Part shown: one piece after another, positions 1-12,070 of the stretch
How positions within the stretch are numbered: the stretch's first letter is position 1
Layout: each line of letters opens with the position of its first letter
Source: Podarcis vaucheri
Lineage: Eukaryota
Strand: one strand, 5' to 3'
Length of the DNA stretch: 64,000 nucleotides
NCBI GenBank assembly: GCA_965113315.1
Contig: OZ220363.1
The notes under the pieces: model-generated
What the model saw: the letters and a program-made list of their open reading frames with translations, nothing else
Told to the model about the DNA's origin: nothing
Databases searched by the model: none
Program-made: the position numbers and the translations under genes

Positions 1-85
1 AAGAGACCCACAAAAGCTGTCCAGAAACCATTTGTATTATTCCTACCTCTAACTAAACTCAGTTTGGGTGTGATCTCCACAAAGT

Positions 86-156
86 AAAAGAAAAGAAAAG
101 AAAAGAAAAGAAAAGAAAAGAAAAGAAAAGAAAAGAAAAGAAAAGAAAAGAAAAAG
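86..156. repeat. (AAAAG)n microsatellite
   Basis: About 14 AAAAG units read directly. Confidence 0.97.
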
Positions 157-1515
157 TATACAACCTTTTCCCATAGAACACAAGTTATGCAGTGGTACGA
201 AAGCGTAGCTAATATCCAAGCACTTACCCTTCCGCTCAAATGGCACAAGCATGTGGGGCAACTGGATTAACACTGATCTAAAAATAATAATGTATAACCC
301 CTCCATGGCAATTACAAGGGATTTTTCTAGATTCCAAAATGGTACTAAGGAATGGGGCAGAAGAAGGAAATGAAGATGCATTTGTTGAAAATAATGGAAT
401 TCGTAAGAAAAACACAGACCAGTGAAACTACAAAAACGTAAGAGTGAGAGAGGTTAATGACAAGAAAACCTCCGAGTGTAGCAGACATCTCTCTCTGATC
501 CTAAAAGTGAAATAATAACGAGTCTAATCATATCCCTGGCTTTTCAGTCAGCACCCTGAGGCAAAGCAACAGTTATCCATAAGCCAAGATCTGAATACTA
601 TATTTGGCTGCCTCCACACAAGCTGAGATGGGACAAAAAAGCATATCTGGGGGATCTCTCAAGAGCAGTGTAGGGAGGAGAAGATCAGTAGGATTTATTT
701 ATTTGCATAAGATAACACACTATTACTGCTATGTTTGCCTCATGGAGGCAAACGCCATCTACAAGCAATTACTTTGCTAAATGCATCACTTGTAATTTCA
801 TGAATGCTTATGAAATATTAAATAGCATGCATAGTGTGTGATCAGGACTGTATTGTGCTGGGAGAGGGAATTTAATCACCCCACTCTCCTTGGTAGCTGT
901 AGTCCCAACAAAATCAGACACACAAAACCTGCTCGCTCTTCCAGGAAAGAAGTTCCCATTGTAGTAACTTTCTTCCTGAACTAATAGCAGCATGGGAGGA
1001 GAATGCTTTTGCTGGGACTGAAACTACAGGATAGCGGAGGTTCAATCTCCTCTCCTAGCAAACGATGGCCCTAATCTTCATGTGGAGGGGGGCAAGGAGG
1101 GGGAGCTACCTACCACTGACCATTTAAAAAAGAATCACTACCTTAAGTGATGCATTTAGCACTGTGTGTAGCTTAGCCCTTACTTTCAAGGAAACAGCAA
1201 GTCATTATTGAACTACACCTTTGCCATGGTGTCTGTTTTACCACCACATTTAGTTAGGACTTTTCAGTAATATTCAGCATGGACAAATGTGCCACAGAGT
1301 TATCATTACTAGGATATTTCATAGGATAAAAAGCTTCTTGCTCCAGCTGATGTAGATGCAAGTTCCTGTGTAGGAAAATAGCTGACATTTGGCTGCATGT
1401 GCAACATATGATTCTGGGTGAACATGAATACTCCATATATGCAAACATTATTTTCAGATACCACCTTCTATCATGCAACCTATGAACAAAAGAACAGCAA
1501 CAAAGATAGTGTTAC

Positions 1516-1643
1516 CTGCTTCCGAAATTTCATCCAGGTACAGGTTAAGGGCAGAGTTCCTGCGACTTTGCACAACAGCTCCACCGATTCACCAGCCCGA
1601 ACTTTTTGGTCTTCTGGGAACTGAACAATCTGGGGGGGAAGAG
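1516..1643 (-). CDS. MYLK: MYLK coding exon (~exon 22), Ig domain N-half; next exon lies beyond position 1
   Basis: 128 nt, phase 1-0, TTTTTGCCAG| ... GCAG|GTAAC; ALPPQIVQFPEDQKVRAGESVELLCKVAGTLPLTCTWMKFRKQ. Confidence 0.96.
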
Positions 1644-2060
1644 CTGGCAAAAAGGGAGGATTTATTTAGAGATCTCACTGGAGCAAGTTTTTGGCTCTGA
1701 GTTTAGGAAGCTAACAACTAAGGCATTAAAAGTGTGCCTACATCTATGTGGCTCTGCTTCCCTCCATTTTTCACTGATGCAGGGCTGCTTCTTGGGCTGA
1801 CGGACAGACTTTTCAAAGTTATCATGTCAATGCATCCAGATGGGTAAGTTAACCTATTCCCATTTATCTAACCAATTTTTCAAAGCTTCACCTGTGAAAA
1901 GAGCCCAGTCTCCTGCCTGAGTGAAGCCAGGGATGGGAGGTTAAAAGTAAAGCACACCAACAGCTCTACCAGGATTACAGGATAACAAGGCAGCAATTTC
2001 AGCTCAGTCTTGGAGATGCCCTTTAGAGGTCTCTAGAGACAAGACTGAGCTGACAAATGA

Positions 2061-2510
2061 GGAAGAGCTGCAGCTCAGTGGTAGAGCAACTGGATCAGTG
2101 CTTGCCATCTCCATGTTAGGACTGGAGAACCTTTCCTGAAACCCTGGCAAGCCTTTCAGTGTAGGTAGCACTGAGCTAGACAGACTAATGATATGACTTA
2201 CCTTTTGCCCTGCTCTTTCCAGGCACAGGTCCACACTTTAAAGCTCTGTGTCCAAGTGCTCTTCTTTTTTTCCCTTTCCCCATGAAAACATGCTCTTTAA
2301 AGCTGAAGTGCAACAACCAGAAATTAAGAGTTTTCCACGGATTCAGCTTTAAAAGAGTTGATTTTAATGGGGAAAGCTCTGGAGCAAAAAAGAAAGGGAA
2401 AATAAAAGAGAGCACTTGGACACATAGCTTTAAAGCATTAGAGTGTGCCTGGAAAGCATGGAAGAAAGGAAAGTGTAGATAACTCCTGCGTATAAAGGTA
2501 GCTTCCTATG
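2061..2510 (+). mobile_element. Degenerate tRNA-derived SINE interrupted by a palindromic insertion (~2200-2480)
   Basis: A-box head AGCTCAGTGGTAGAGCA; tail ACTGAGCTAGA...GACT resumes after the insertion as GTATAAAGGTAGCTTCCTATG, as in other copies in this window. Confidence 0.65.
2215..2456. repeat. Imperfect long inverted repeat (MITE-like hairpin)
   Basis: CTTTCCAGGCAC..CTTTAAAGCTCTGTGTCCAAGTGCTCT..TTTAAAGCTGAA mirrored by TTCAGCTTTAAA..AGAGCACTTGGACACATAGCTTTAAAG..GTGCCTGGAAAG. Confidence 0.85.
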
Positions 2511-3358
2511 GTAAAAACAAACAAACAAGGGTTCCATGGAGGGCACTCTTGCCTAAAGTGTCCGTCATGAAGGGGGTTGGACTTCCTCCCTTGGTTTTGG
2601 TCTATGCAGTCACTCAAATCTCCCTCTACAGATGATGCAAACTAAAAAGGATGTGCATGATTTTCCCCCCAGACCTATAGGGTGGAAGATCTCAGATAAT
2701 TTCTGAGTTAATCTGAGGGAGCTATGGGACAGCTCACCCACCTCTAGTCCCACATTGAATGCAGCTAACCAGGAATTTTTTGTGGGCCACCAGAAGTCCA
2801 TTAAACCTCTTGCTTTTTTTTAGCTGCCTGGCACTGCAAAAACACTCATCAAGCACGAATCATTAGCCCTAATTTATAGTTGATGAACAGCATTTGACTT
2901 GATGGGTTATGAATTCTCCAGGTCTGGTTCAGTGTGAGTAAGGGCATGTATGGGGCAGAAATCTATCCATCAGCACAGGGGAAACATCTGATTCGGGATA
3001 AGAATTTGGTTAGTCTTTGAACTAAAGTCACTTTATTCAATTATAATTGGTTTTTACTTTTAACTCGGGGAGGTCTAATGAGAGGGAGTTTAAGACTTCC
3101 TGTCTGACAGAACTGCACAGTCTCTTGAAAATGCTGTGTGTTTAAGCCTTAAAACACCATATTGTATTACACTGATACAAACACACACCTGACAGACCTG
3201 CAAAAGAAGACAGGTAACTGAGAATCGTTGTCCTGAACTGTCAAGCTATCAAACTCAAATGGGTACAACTAACAAGGTTGTTTAAAGTGTGTTGCATGGT
3301 AATTTTTCTGCATTTGTTTACTGTTCTCTTGTCTGTATTAATAGCAATATTCCAATAC

Positions 3359-3409
3359 CTGCTTTGGGTGAAGTCTTGGGAGCTGGTTTTTTCTTCACTG
3401 TTGCCTCAC
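3359..3409 (-). CDS. MYLK: MYLK coding exon (~exon 21), linker
   Basis: 51 nt, AATTAG| ... GCAG|GTATTG; SEATVKKKPAPKTSPKA (human recalled as SDATVKKKPAPKTPPKA). Confidence 0.93.
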
Positions 3410-4614
3410 CTAATTAAACAAAGAGAGGGGTTTGTAGATGAACTTTGTGATGAGTACAACAAAATATGTGAATTCACTGTACAAGTAGAAGCTGCCTGTT
3501 TGCAAAAGGGAACTGTGTAAACATGGCACTGTAACAAGTGTCAGGATCTCCCAACATCGTTTTACTTTTGTAAAAAAGTCACTGGGAATTCCTTTGCTGG
3601 ATTAGGATTATGAAATTCTAACTAGATCAACTCCCTGCTATTCCTACCGGCCAGAGGTAGAAACTTGTGCACTTAAAAAAAAAAAAGTACCAACATAGCT
3701 AATAGCAAATGGTGCAGAGGCAACTCTGGTTTCAGGTCCCATGGGGCATGAGGAGAAAGCATCCAATTACCCTCCCCCCCATGTCATGGCTCCAATCCAA
3801 AGCAGGGGCCCCCACTGTTGCTTTTACAAAAAATAAAATTATATTGGCAGCTCCATACACACAAAGTACCAATGTAATGAGTGCAGTTTTGCCCTGAGAG
3901 GAAATGGGTGCAGCCTCCCCAGAATGCATTTGTTTCCTGTCAAGAGTAGGACTGAGAGCAAAGGAGGACAAATACTCCTATAATGTGGCTATGTAACCAA
4001 TCACCTGAACGTTTGTTTTTAAAGGGTGAGATTTTCAAAGCATTAAAAGGCTGATATTGAAGCAGAATAATTTTAGGCATGAGAAAATCACACCTACAGT
4101 GGGGAAAGGCTCCTTTTAAATGGGTTTGCAGGTATGGAACATTTTGCCAAGCCATTTCAATGGTGCAAATGCTAGTCCCATAAGTAGAGATGCTCAGAAG
4201 CGTCTGTGTTTGTGTCTGTCCCGATCTCCCTCTCGTTTCCCTTTTCAGGCATTTTACTAAAAATAGTAACACGAAACTCCCAACTGCTCCTTCCTTCCTT
4301 CCCAGTAAATCTCTCACTGCACTGTCTGAGCCACACAAAAATGATCAAGTGGAAAAATCTCATATAACTGCACTAAAGGCTGGAGACTATCTGGGCAAAA
4401 CCTGTATCCATAAGTCTTCCTGTCATTATGAGTATCATTCAATGCAGTGTTAAGGCTAAGGTTCCATCAGTGCAAGGATTTCTTGCACAACACTGCTGTC
4501 CCCCACACTCTGCTGAAGGTCCTCCAAAGTAGATTTGGGGATGTACAGATGATGATGATTAGTTTATTAAACTTGTTAGCTGCTTCTTCTTGTCCAAGAC
4601 AATTCAAAACAATT

Positions 4615-4659
4615 ACCAACCAACCAACCAACCAACCAACCAACCAACCAACCAACCAA
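4615..4659. repeat. (AACC)n microsatellite
   Basis: About 11 tetranucleotide units. Confidence 0.95.
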
Positions 4660-5760
4660 TTAACCATTTCACATTTAAAGAGCTTGTCTATCTATTGATG
4701 CTGCCAAGTTGCATTCTAAGCACCCAAAAGATGAAAAAAGAGTTATGGGAGGTTTGGTGTAAAAAAAAAGGGGGGGAGGAAGAGTTTATTTTGTAGATTG
4801 GTTGTCTATATGGTCTCTGTCAAACTACCTCAGGGAGAGTCCTCTCACCTGGAGAAACCATGGCCTTCTGCTTTGTCACACTGCCAAGCTGTAGGAGAAC
4901 TCCACCACAAATCAGGTACAGATGTTTGATAAAAATAATCAAATTGACAGATTTGTCCATCCTTACTTATAGCTAAGCACATTGCAAAGTGCACTGCTGG
5001 TGAGACCTCAGATACCCACCACCATCTTAATTACCCAGGGTCATCTCTCTCTCTCTCTTTATATATATTAGCATATGTAAATGTGATGCTCATTTGTGTC
5101 ATGGGCTTCTGCCCCATTGTCCTTTCAGTACCTACCAATGCCTGCTTCCACTAGAAATTTTACCAATGTGGTCAAGCACAAGAGAGAGATTATTCTCCTG
5201 TACTTTCCCTAGCTTCACTTCTATAAACCTGAGATGTTACTTCCAAACAACCAGAAATTTTTAATGACTTCAGCAGTGGTCCATCCTCCTCCCCCCTGCA
5301 CAATAATGCCACTGCAAAGCTTTTCAAAACAAAAGCTTATAGCTAAGCTTCTAAATCTCCACACTTAGGCTCTTTAATAAGCAGCTTGATATTTTAAAAC
5401 GCTAGCCATTTAGCAGCTCAAACTTCAGCTGCACTCACAGGACAGCCCATACTGTCTGAGACATCAAGCCCTTCTTTAGGAAACAGAAATTCAAGGAAAT
5501 TTACCTGAAGCTATAGCTTTAATTTCCAGAGGGAAAAGAGCGTATTATAGATGCCTTTGCACACCATGGGCCATTTAACACCAGTGCCCACTCTGTATTA
5601 GTCACTGCTGTGACATCCTTAGAGTCAGGTCAAGGTCTCTCAAAATCCTCAACTATCATTAGCCAAGATTTCTCATGTCCCATGAGGCTTCCCCTCCACT
5701 TTGCCATACATTCCAACAATAGCCTCTGCTCCCAGAATACTCCAGTCTATTTGTATGGTA

Positions 5761-5918
5761 GGAAGCTGAAGAAACAATAGCTCAGTGGTAGAGCATCTGG
5801 TTTGCATACAGAAAGTCCCTTGTTCAAAACCCAGCATGTTGGGAATGTCTGTCTGAAATATTGGAGAGCCACTGCCAATCAGGGTATACAATACTGAGTT
5901 ACATTGGTATAAGTAGGA
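5761..5918 (+). mobile_element. tRNA-derived SINE, degenerate
   Basis: TAGCTCAGTGGTAGAGCATCTG..GCATACAGAAAGTCCC..GTTCAAAACCC (A and B boxes), then GAGAGCCACTGCCAATCAG..AATACTGAG. Confidence 0.75.
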
Positions 5919-6624
5919 ATAGTGGTCAGGGAGGAGCAGCACAAGGATCTGGTCTTTCTGGTACCAGAATTGCTGCTGTGTACCAGAGTGGGGCAGGGGT
6001 GGGCAGGGCAGGGCAACAGTGAGGGCTGTGCAGTATGAGTCCACTGATGAACCCCTACTGGCCTTTCCTTGGTATAATGGAGCCCTTTACATTATTATCT
6101 TTTACCAAAACCTTCCAACCAAGTTTGCTGAAGGCATTTCTAGAATCCATATTGCCTTTCCTCTCCTCCCCAGTTCTCCCAATATGACAACATAAAATTG
6201 TATCTACCTTTCTGACGGCTGGGTCTAGACTTGCATTCCGTAAATGAAAGGCTCCTTCCATTTGCGGAATGAGCTTTGAACAAGCAAGAAAGAGGAGACT
6301 ATTGTCACTGATTTTCCCTTCAGTTTTGAAGGCCAGTCAAACACACTATTCCAGAGGGTGCTGTAACTCCTCAGGGCAGTTGTGGTGTGGTGTGCATGGG
6401 AGCTACAAGGGCAGGGGTATTTGGTGAAAATCACCTCCTCCCCTTTCACCAGTGGGAACATCTTCTGAGCAAAATTCTACTGGGATAACTTCCAGAGTCT
6501 GCAACTGAATTAGTGATCTAGTAAGACTCTTTTCATGATTAAATTAGCAACTTGGCCTTTTGGGAAATGGGCATGTCATGATGCAATCCGCCTTCTTTTC
6601 CACTCCTGCTATTTGGGTGGGCAG

Positions 6625-6770
6625 CATTCTGCAGTACAGGATCTTGCTTTGCACGAAGAATGGCCCAGGTTCAATCACCAGCATCTCCAGTTAAGGAAGA
6701 GCCGCTGCCAGTAATTGTAGAAAATACAGAGCGGGATGGACTCCATATAAGGCAGTTCCCTGTGTTCTTA
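6625..6770 (+). mobile_element. tRNA-derived SINE, degenerate
   Basis: CCCAGGTTCAATCACCAGCATCTCCAG, GAGCCGCTGCCAGT, ATAAGGCAGTTCCCT; same family as 5761. Confidence 0.65.
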
Positions 6771-7344
6771 AGCAACTGTGTCTACGAATTACACACCATT
6801 TTTAATTTTCCACTGCAACCAAGAACAATGCCTTTAGGAGCTCTAGGGCACTGTGTGAAGTTCAAAATGGTGGGGAATACTGGACTAATACGAGAAAACT
6901 CTGCCATAAACAATCTGCTCCCACTCTTAGTAATCCTCAGCTTTTGGCCATGTGGATCTAAAGCTGCTTTGCTCATTGACCTTCGATTCCTCTACTATCG
7001 TCTTGGGAAATGGTGTGAATCCTATTGTTATCATATGCTTCATATGCATGAACTATATAAAAAAGAGAGGGGGTATTGGTTGGGGAGAAGATACCAAGTG
7101 CGTGCACTGATAATTCTAAGTGGAACTTTAGGCCCATATTAAGAGTGCAGCAATAGAATGGAAAGAAAAGGGAAAGAAGATTGTATGAAGCAATTCCTGC
7201 CTATATAAAGAACTAGATGCAAAGCAAAACATCTAATCTGATTAAAATGGGTTAACCATGTTTGAGGAATGCCTGCTGCTGAAAGAAAACCACAACACAT
7301 TTTAGAAGGATCTCTGGGCTGACCTTCACTGAGAGGACATGGGC

Positions 7345-7738
7345 AATTCAGCATAGTTTGTACATTTACAGACAAGAAAAGAACATTTCAGGAGTGGGGG
7401 AAATAAAAGGCAATTTTCACTGTGCCATGTGGGTTGTGTAACACAGAGATAAGATGTCATGATCAACTTCTATATGTGGCGATCAATAACAACCACCCTT
7501 CTCTTCTGCCTGTCCTCAGATAACTATGCAGAATGCAATGTAATTCAGCATAGTTTGTACATTTACAGACAAGAAAAGAACATTTCAGGAGTGGGGGAAA
7601 TAAAAGGCAATTTTCACTGTGCCATGTGGGTTGTGTAACACAGAGATAAGATGTCATGATCAACTTCTATATGTGGCGATCAATAACAACCACCCTTCTC
7701 TCCTGCCTGTCTCCAGATAACTATGCAGAATGCAATGT
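7345..7738. repeat. Near-perfect 197-bp tandem duplication
   Basis: AATTCAGCATAGTTTGTAC... starts at 7345 and again at 7542; copies differ at only about 3 positions near their ends. Confidence 0.95.
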
Positions 7739-10496
7739 AAACAAAGCCCTCATGGAAAATCCTGCTCTTTGCCAGTATTAACTCAGTCACAGCTTGTCAG
7801 GATGGCATAAACTATAAAGCATAATAAGCTGGCGGAGATTCAAGTAACATACCTGGCATAAACTTAAATACGTGCCAAGGAGGAATGGCATGCTCAACCA
7901 GGACATTTTCCTTACTGGTTTAGAGCAAGGATGGAAAACCCCTGGTGCTCCAGATGTTGTTGGGCTACCATCCCCACTATCTCACCAGTGTTTGACCCTT
8001 TTCCTTTGTTTCAAGTAACCAAATAAGCCAGGCATATGTTCAAAATGCCTTAAAATGTGGTGTTTGCCACACTGATGCTCATCTCAAAATGTAAATAGCC
8101 TCAAGGAATTCTAGACTAGATGCTGTTTATCTAAAAGAAAGAAAGGAAGAAAGGAAGAAAGAAAGAAGCCCATTACAGTAACATCCCTGTACACTCCCCC
8201 GAAACGAGATAGGAAGTCTAATCACAATAATTTTTATTTGAGGAAAAGCAACCTGGTTCAGTTATGATGCAAAACGTGGTGGGTAAGAGGAAATATTTTC
8301 TATTTTATCAACTTCCAAGTGTCACTGAGATCTGCAGGTTTAATCCAGGAGTTTAATCTAAGTGGCAAGGCAGATCCAAAACTCCCCCACCCTCTATAGG
8401 CTGCTTTGACAGATGGGTGGGGTGGCCCACCTGTCAATCACATGGCATCAAATGATTCTACTTCAAAGCAAGAAGCTGGAACACATTCTAAGTGTGCTCT
8501 CAGCTTTCCTTTCCTCCTTTGAAGCCCCAGCTTGAGTTCAAAAGAGATCCTGCCTTTCTAGCTGTAATTCAAAGAGCACACCATTTCCCCAGCAGCTGGA
8601 AATGAATGACCATGAATGAGCTTGGTGTGCACTTTTCTGCCTGACATCATACGTGTTGTTTGGGTCAAACTAGGAAGCCAGTGGGCCTAATTTGGCCCAC
8701 AGGCCAGAAGTCTCCCACCAATGATCTAACCCTTAAGAAAATAAAATGGACAAACCACTGTAGAACTAATTCAGACAGAGGGACCAACACTTGAGAAGTG
8801 TTATTTTCCCCACTTTGAAGATTATTTGTGAAATGAGTTCTCACACTATTGATTTGCCCGAGTTCTGTGCAGCATTGGATACAGTTTAGATAGAAGTCTG
8901 TCCCATGTTTCTTCTAGCAGTTCCAACCTATCAGAGATCATAACAGGTCTCACTCTAAGTACCTGTTGATACCAAATTTGTTTATTAAAACCATAGTCTG
9001 TTTAAATCACTTCTCTGAATTTTCCTGGGTCTGTGAGAAATCTTATTCAAAGTGGAAATTTCACAAGCTCTCTGAATACAGTAGTGGAACATACTCTATA
9101 TTTTGTTCTCTGGGACAAATGTGACAGCAAACTCCATTTCTGCATTACAGTTCTCTGCAGCGTAATTTGCCTGTCACTATCTACATAATTATCAAGAAGC
9201 ACAAATTGTCACAATAAGTGCAGGGCCTAGAAAGCAAGATCTCAGCCTTAAAACTGTTCATTTCCTCATGTTGCACATGTTCATTCTCAGAAGTTACAAC
9301 GGCAATACTACCATTCCACTCCAATGACTTTTCAAACATGGAAAACATGTTTTAAATGTCTAGGAGCTTGAACACAGTGGCATTTTGTTTTTATGCGAGG
9401 GGTGGTGGTGGTCCTACTTGAAGCTGTTACTTTATTTCTACATTTTTATAGCAACTATATCTTATTACAGAGTATAAAGTTGCAGGCTAATGGAATAAAA
9501 AAGAAAAAGCAACGATGGAACTTTTGCTGCCATCCTCTTAAACGTACTGATGCTGAGCTGGGAAAAGCCAAGTGTGGGAAGCAGCAGGTTCTAGAACTCT
9601 GGGAAAAAGTGGTGATGCTGTGCTGAAGACTCCATTAATAAAAAGTGATTGGGCACACACCTCTAAGCCCTGTCCACAATAGGAAGTGGTCAGAGGCAGC
9701 ATGTTGGCTATCAACTATGGCAGCAGATATGTTTAATGCTTTTATAATTGGAGCTTGGAAGAACTGCTGGTTCTATCCCTAAGAAATAGGAAATGGAAAT
9801 TAAATCAAAACATTTTTGTGATCGGGTTGCATGTGAGCCATCCAAAGACATTTGCCTAAAATGGCACCTGTAAACTCCACTCCTCCACCTGGGCAAGATT
9901 TTGCTTTGTTTCTGAAGGGCAAGCAACAGAATAGGACTTTGATCATTCTGGCTACTGAGAGCTAATCCCGCCCAGTTAAAGTAAGTGCTTTATATATATT
10001 TTCCACTGTGGAGCTCGTGAAAATGATGAGGAACTTTTGACATGTTTACACTGATGACATCCTTGAACACTGGCACTGCAAACTTCTGTCTAATAATTCA
10101 AGAACAATGGAACATTGCTGGGACTCAAGCTCTACCCCACTACCAGTTTCACCATTTCTCCTCTTGAAAGTGGGGAGGGGATATCAGCAAGTTTGGGGGG
10201 GGGCAGGCAACACAAAAGGATATTTGGATTGGGCAGGCTTACCTTTAATGATTAATTGGCTTTTTTTGTTTTTAAAGAAAAGCTTTGTCGCTGCTTCAAG
10301 CAGCTGGTTGGATAAGCCTTAGCAACCTGATGGTCTCTCCTTTGACAGTGTTTGGGATGCAGTCCTATAGTGGATTCTCTCTCAAGTTTCACAGGAAATT
10401 TCACTGAGCTGCAGAGGGAAGCTAATGCACTAATTAAGCCTGTCCCAAAGTCGTCCGTCCCCGCTCATTAAAAACACACACCAAAAAGCTCTTCTA

Positions 10497-10645
10497 TTGA
10501 TTGATTGATTGATTGATTGCATTTATATCCCTCCTTTTTCTTCATGGAGCTCAAGGTGGCTTACATGGTTCTTCTCCTCATTTAATCCCCCCAACAATCC
10601 TATGAGGCAGGTTGAGCTAAGAGACAGTGGCTGGCCCAAGGTCAC
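10497..10645 (-). mobile_element. Squam3-like SINE 3' fragment with (ATCA)n tail
   Basis: Reverse complement of GTGACCTTGGGCCAG..TCTCTTAGC..CCTCATAGGATTGTTG..CACCTTGAGCTCC..GGATATAAAT; similar to 15810. Confidence 0.7.
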
Positions 10646-11234
10646 TATTTCAAGCCCACCCAAAGATTAATCCTGCATTTGCCCTACCCACCGAAAGTAC
10701 AGAGACTTGCTAGCTTGAATTATTCCGTCCAGCACTAGCCAGGATATCAGGTCTAAGAAATAACAATGGAGATTTCCCTAGGTTTTGTTCTGGACAGTGT
10801 CAGTGGTGATGTATATTAACAACTCTCTGCAGGAGCACAGAATAACCTAGCCAATACTTTTGTTTGAAATAAAATCGGACAGATTTTATGCAGTAGTCAG
10901 CATGAAGATTTATTAACTTAAGGATATGAGATACCCCCAAGCACCGTTCTTTTGATTGCTGGAAGACAGACAGAAAAAAAGAAATAACATTACACAGTGA
11001 ACTGTTTTAAACAGTTGAGATAATCCACCCCCCCCCCAATGAACACAAAAAGGGGAGTGCATCCTCTGGGACTTAAGATTTTAAGGTTTTTTTAAAAAAA
11101 TATATGCCCTAAAATGAATTGGGAGACACAACTGAGGAGTTAGACAGCTGCTGGGAGGCCATGATGAACCAATAAATTGAGGATAAATTCTGAAAAGACA
11201 TAGCTGTTATGTGTTCCAAGTCCTCATGTCCAGA

Positions 11235-11600
11235 AGGTGGTCTGTCCTGGATGGAGTTGTGCTCCCTTGGATGGAGTAGGTCCATACCTTGGGGGTGTTC
11301 CTGGACTCATCCGTGCTACTAAGGTGGGCTTGGTGGCTAGGAGTACCTTTTCCCATCTATGATTTGTTTGCCAGCTACTCCCCCTTTTGGACAGAAATGA
11401 CTTGGCCATAGTACTCTATGCTCTAGTAACTTCCAGACTGAGTCACTGCAATATGCCCTTGAAGGCAACTCAGAAACTTCAGTTAGTCCAAAAGGAAATG
11501 GTCAGATTACTGGCTAAAGTTCCATTTAGATCTCATGTAACTCGTGTTTGAAAACAGCTGCACCGGTTGCCAGTTCATTTCTGAGTCCAGGTCAAGGTGC
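11235..11600 (+). mobile_element. L2/CR1-clade LINE reverse-transcriptase fragment, decayed
   Basis: Decayed motifs LGVFLD and (V)LYALVTSRLSHCN resembling L2 HALVTSRLDYCN; frameshifted. Confidence 0.7.
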
Positions 11601-11746
11601 TCACATATTCTGCAAAGTAGCTTAATCATTACTCACTCAGAGATGGACAAAAATCCCAAAAGACTGTTTTTTAAAATAAGACTTCAGGGAACTATGCAGT
11701 CTTTGGGCTATAGACGGCATATTGCTCAGGGATCATTTGCTTACTC

Positions 11747-12070
11747 CAGGGGTCAGCAACGTTTTTCAGCAGGGGGTTGATCCACCATCCCTCAGATCAT
11801 GTGGTGGGCTGGACTATATTTTTTTTGGGGGGGGGAATGAAAGAATTCCTATGCCCCACAAATAACCCAGAGATGCATTTTAAATAAAAGCACACATTCT
11901 ACTCATGTAAAAACACCAGGCAGGCCCCCAAATAACCCAGAGATGCATTTTAAATAAAAGGACATATTCTACTCATGTAAAAATACGCTGATTCCCGGAC
12001 TGTCAGTGGGCCAGATTGAGAAGGCGATTGGGCAGCATAGGGCCCCCGGGCCTTAGGTTGCCTACCCCTG
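11747..12070 (+). mobile_element. Non-autonomous hAT element (324 bp) with 8-bp TSD
   Basis: TIRs CAGGGGTCAGCAAC / GTTGCCTACCCCTG; perfect TSD GCTTACTC at 11739-11746 and 12071-12078; internal ~53-bp direct duplication. Confidence 0.9.

Noticed and set aside
49-381. 110-aa minus-strand ORF with a hydrophobic FFSFL run
   Set aside because: Translation of the (CTTTT)n microsatellite; intronic, no homology.
4848-4887. 40-nt exon-like segment on the minus strand (CCTACAG| ... CAG|GTGAGA)
   Set aside because: Frameshifting, no MYLK similarity, short pyrimidine tract; exons 20 and 21 already join in frame. Such pseudo-exons are common.
5779-5835. tRNA-like A/B boxes (also 2071, 13100-13169, 15810, 59790)
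   Set aside because: They continue into SINE bodies and give no complete cloverleaf; SINE heads, not tRNA genes.
6743-6752. Perfect CArG CCATATAAGG
   Set aside because: Lies in a SINE tail whose family sequence is already close to a CArG; no supporting context.
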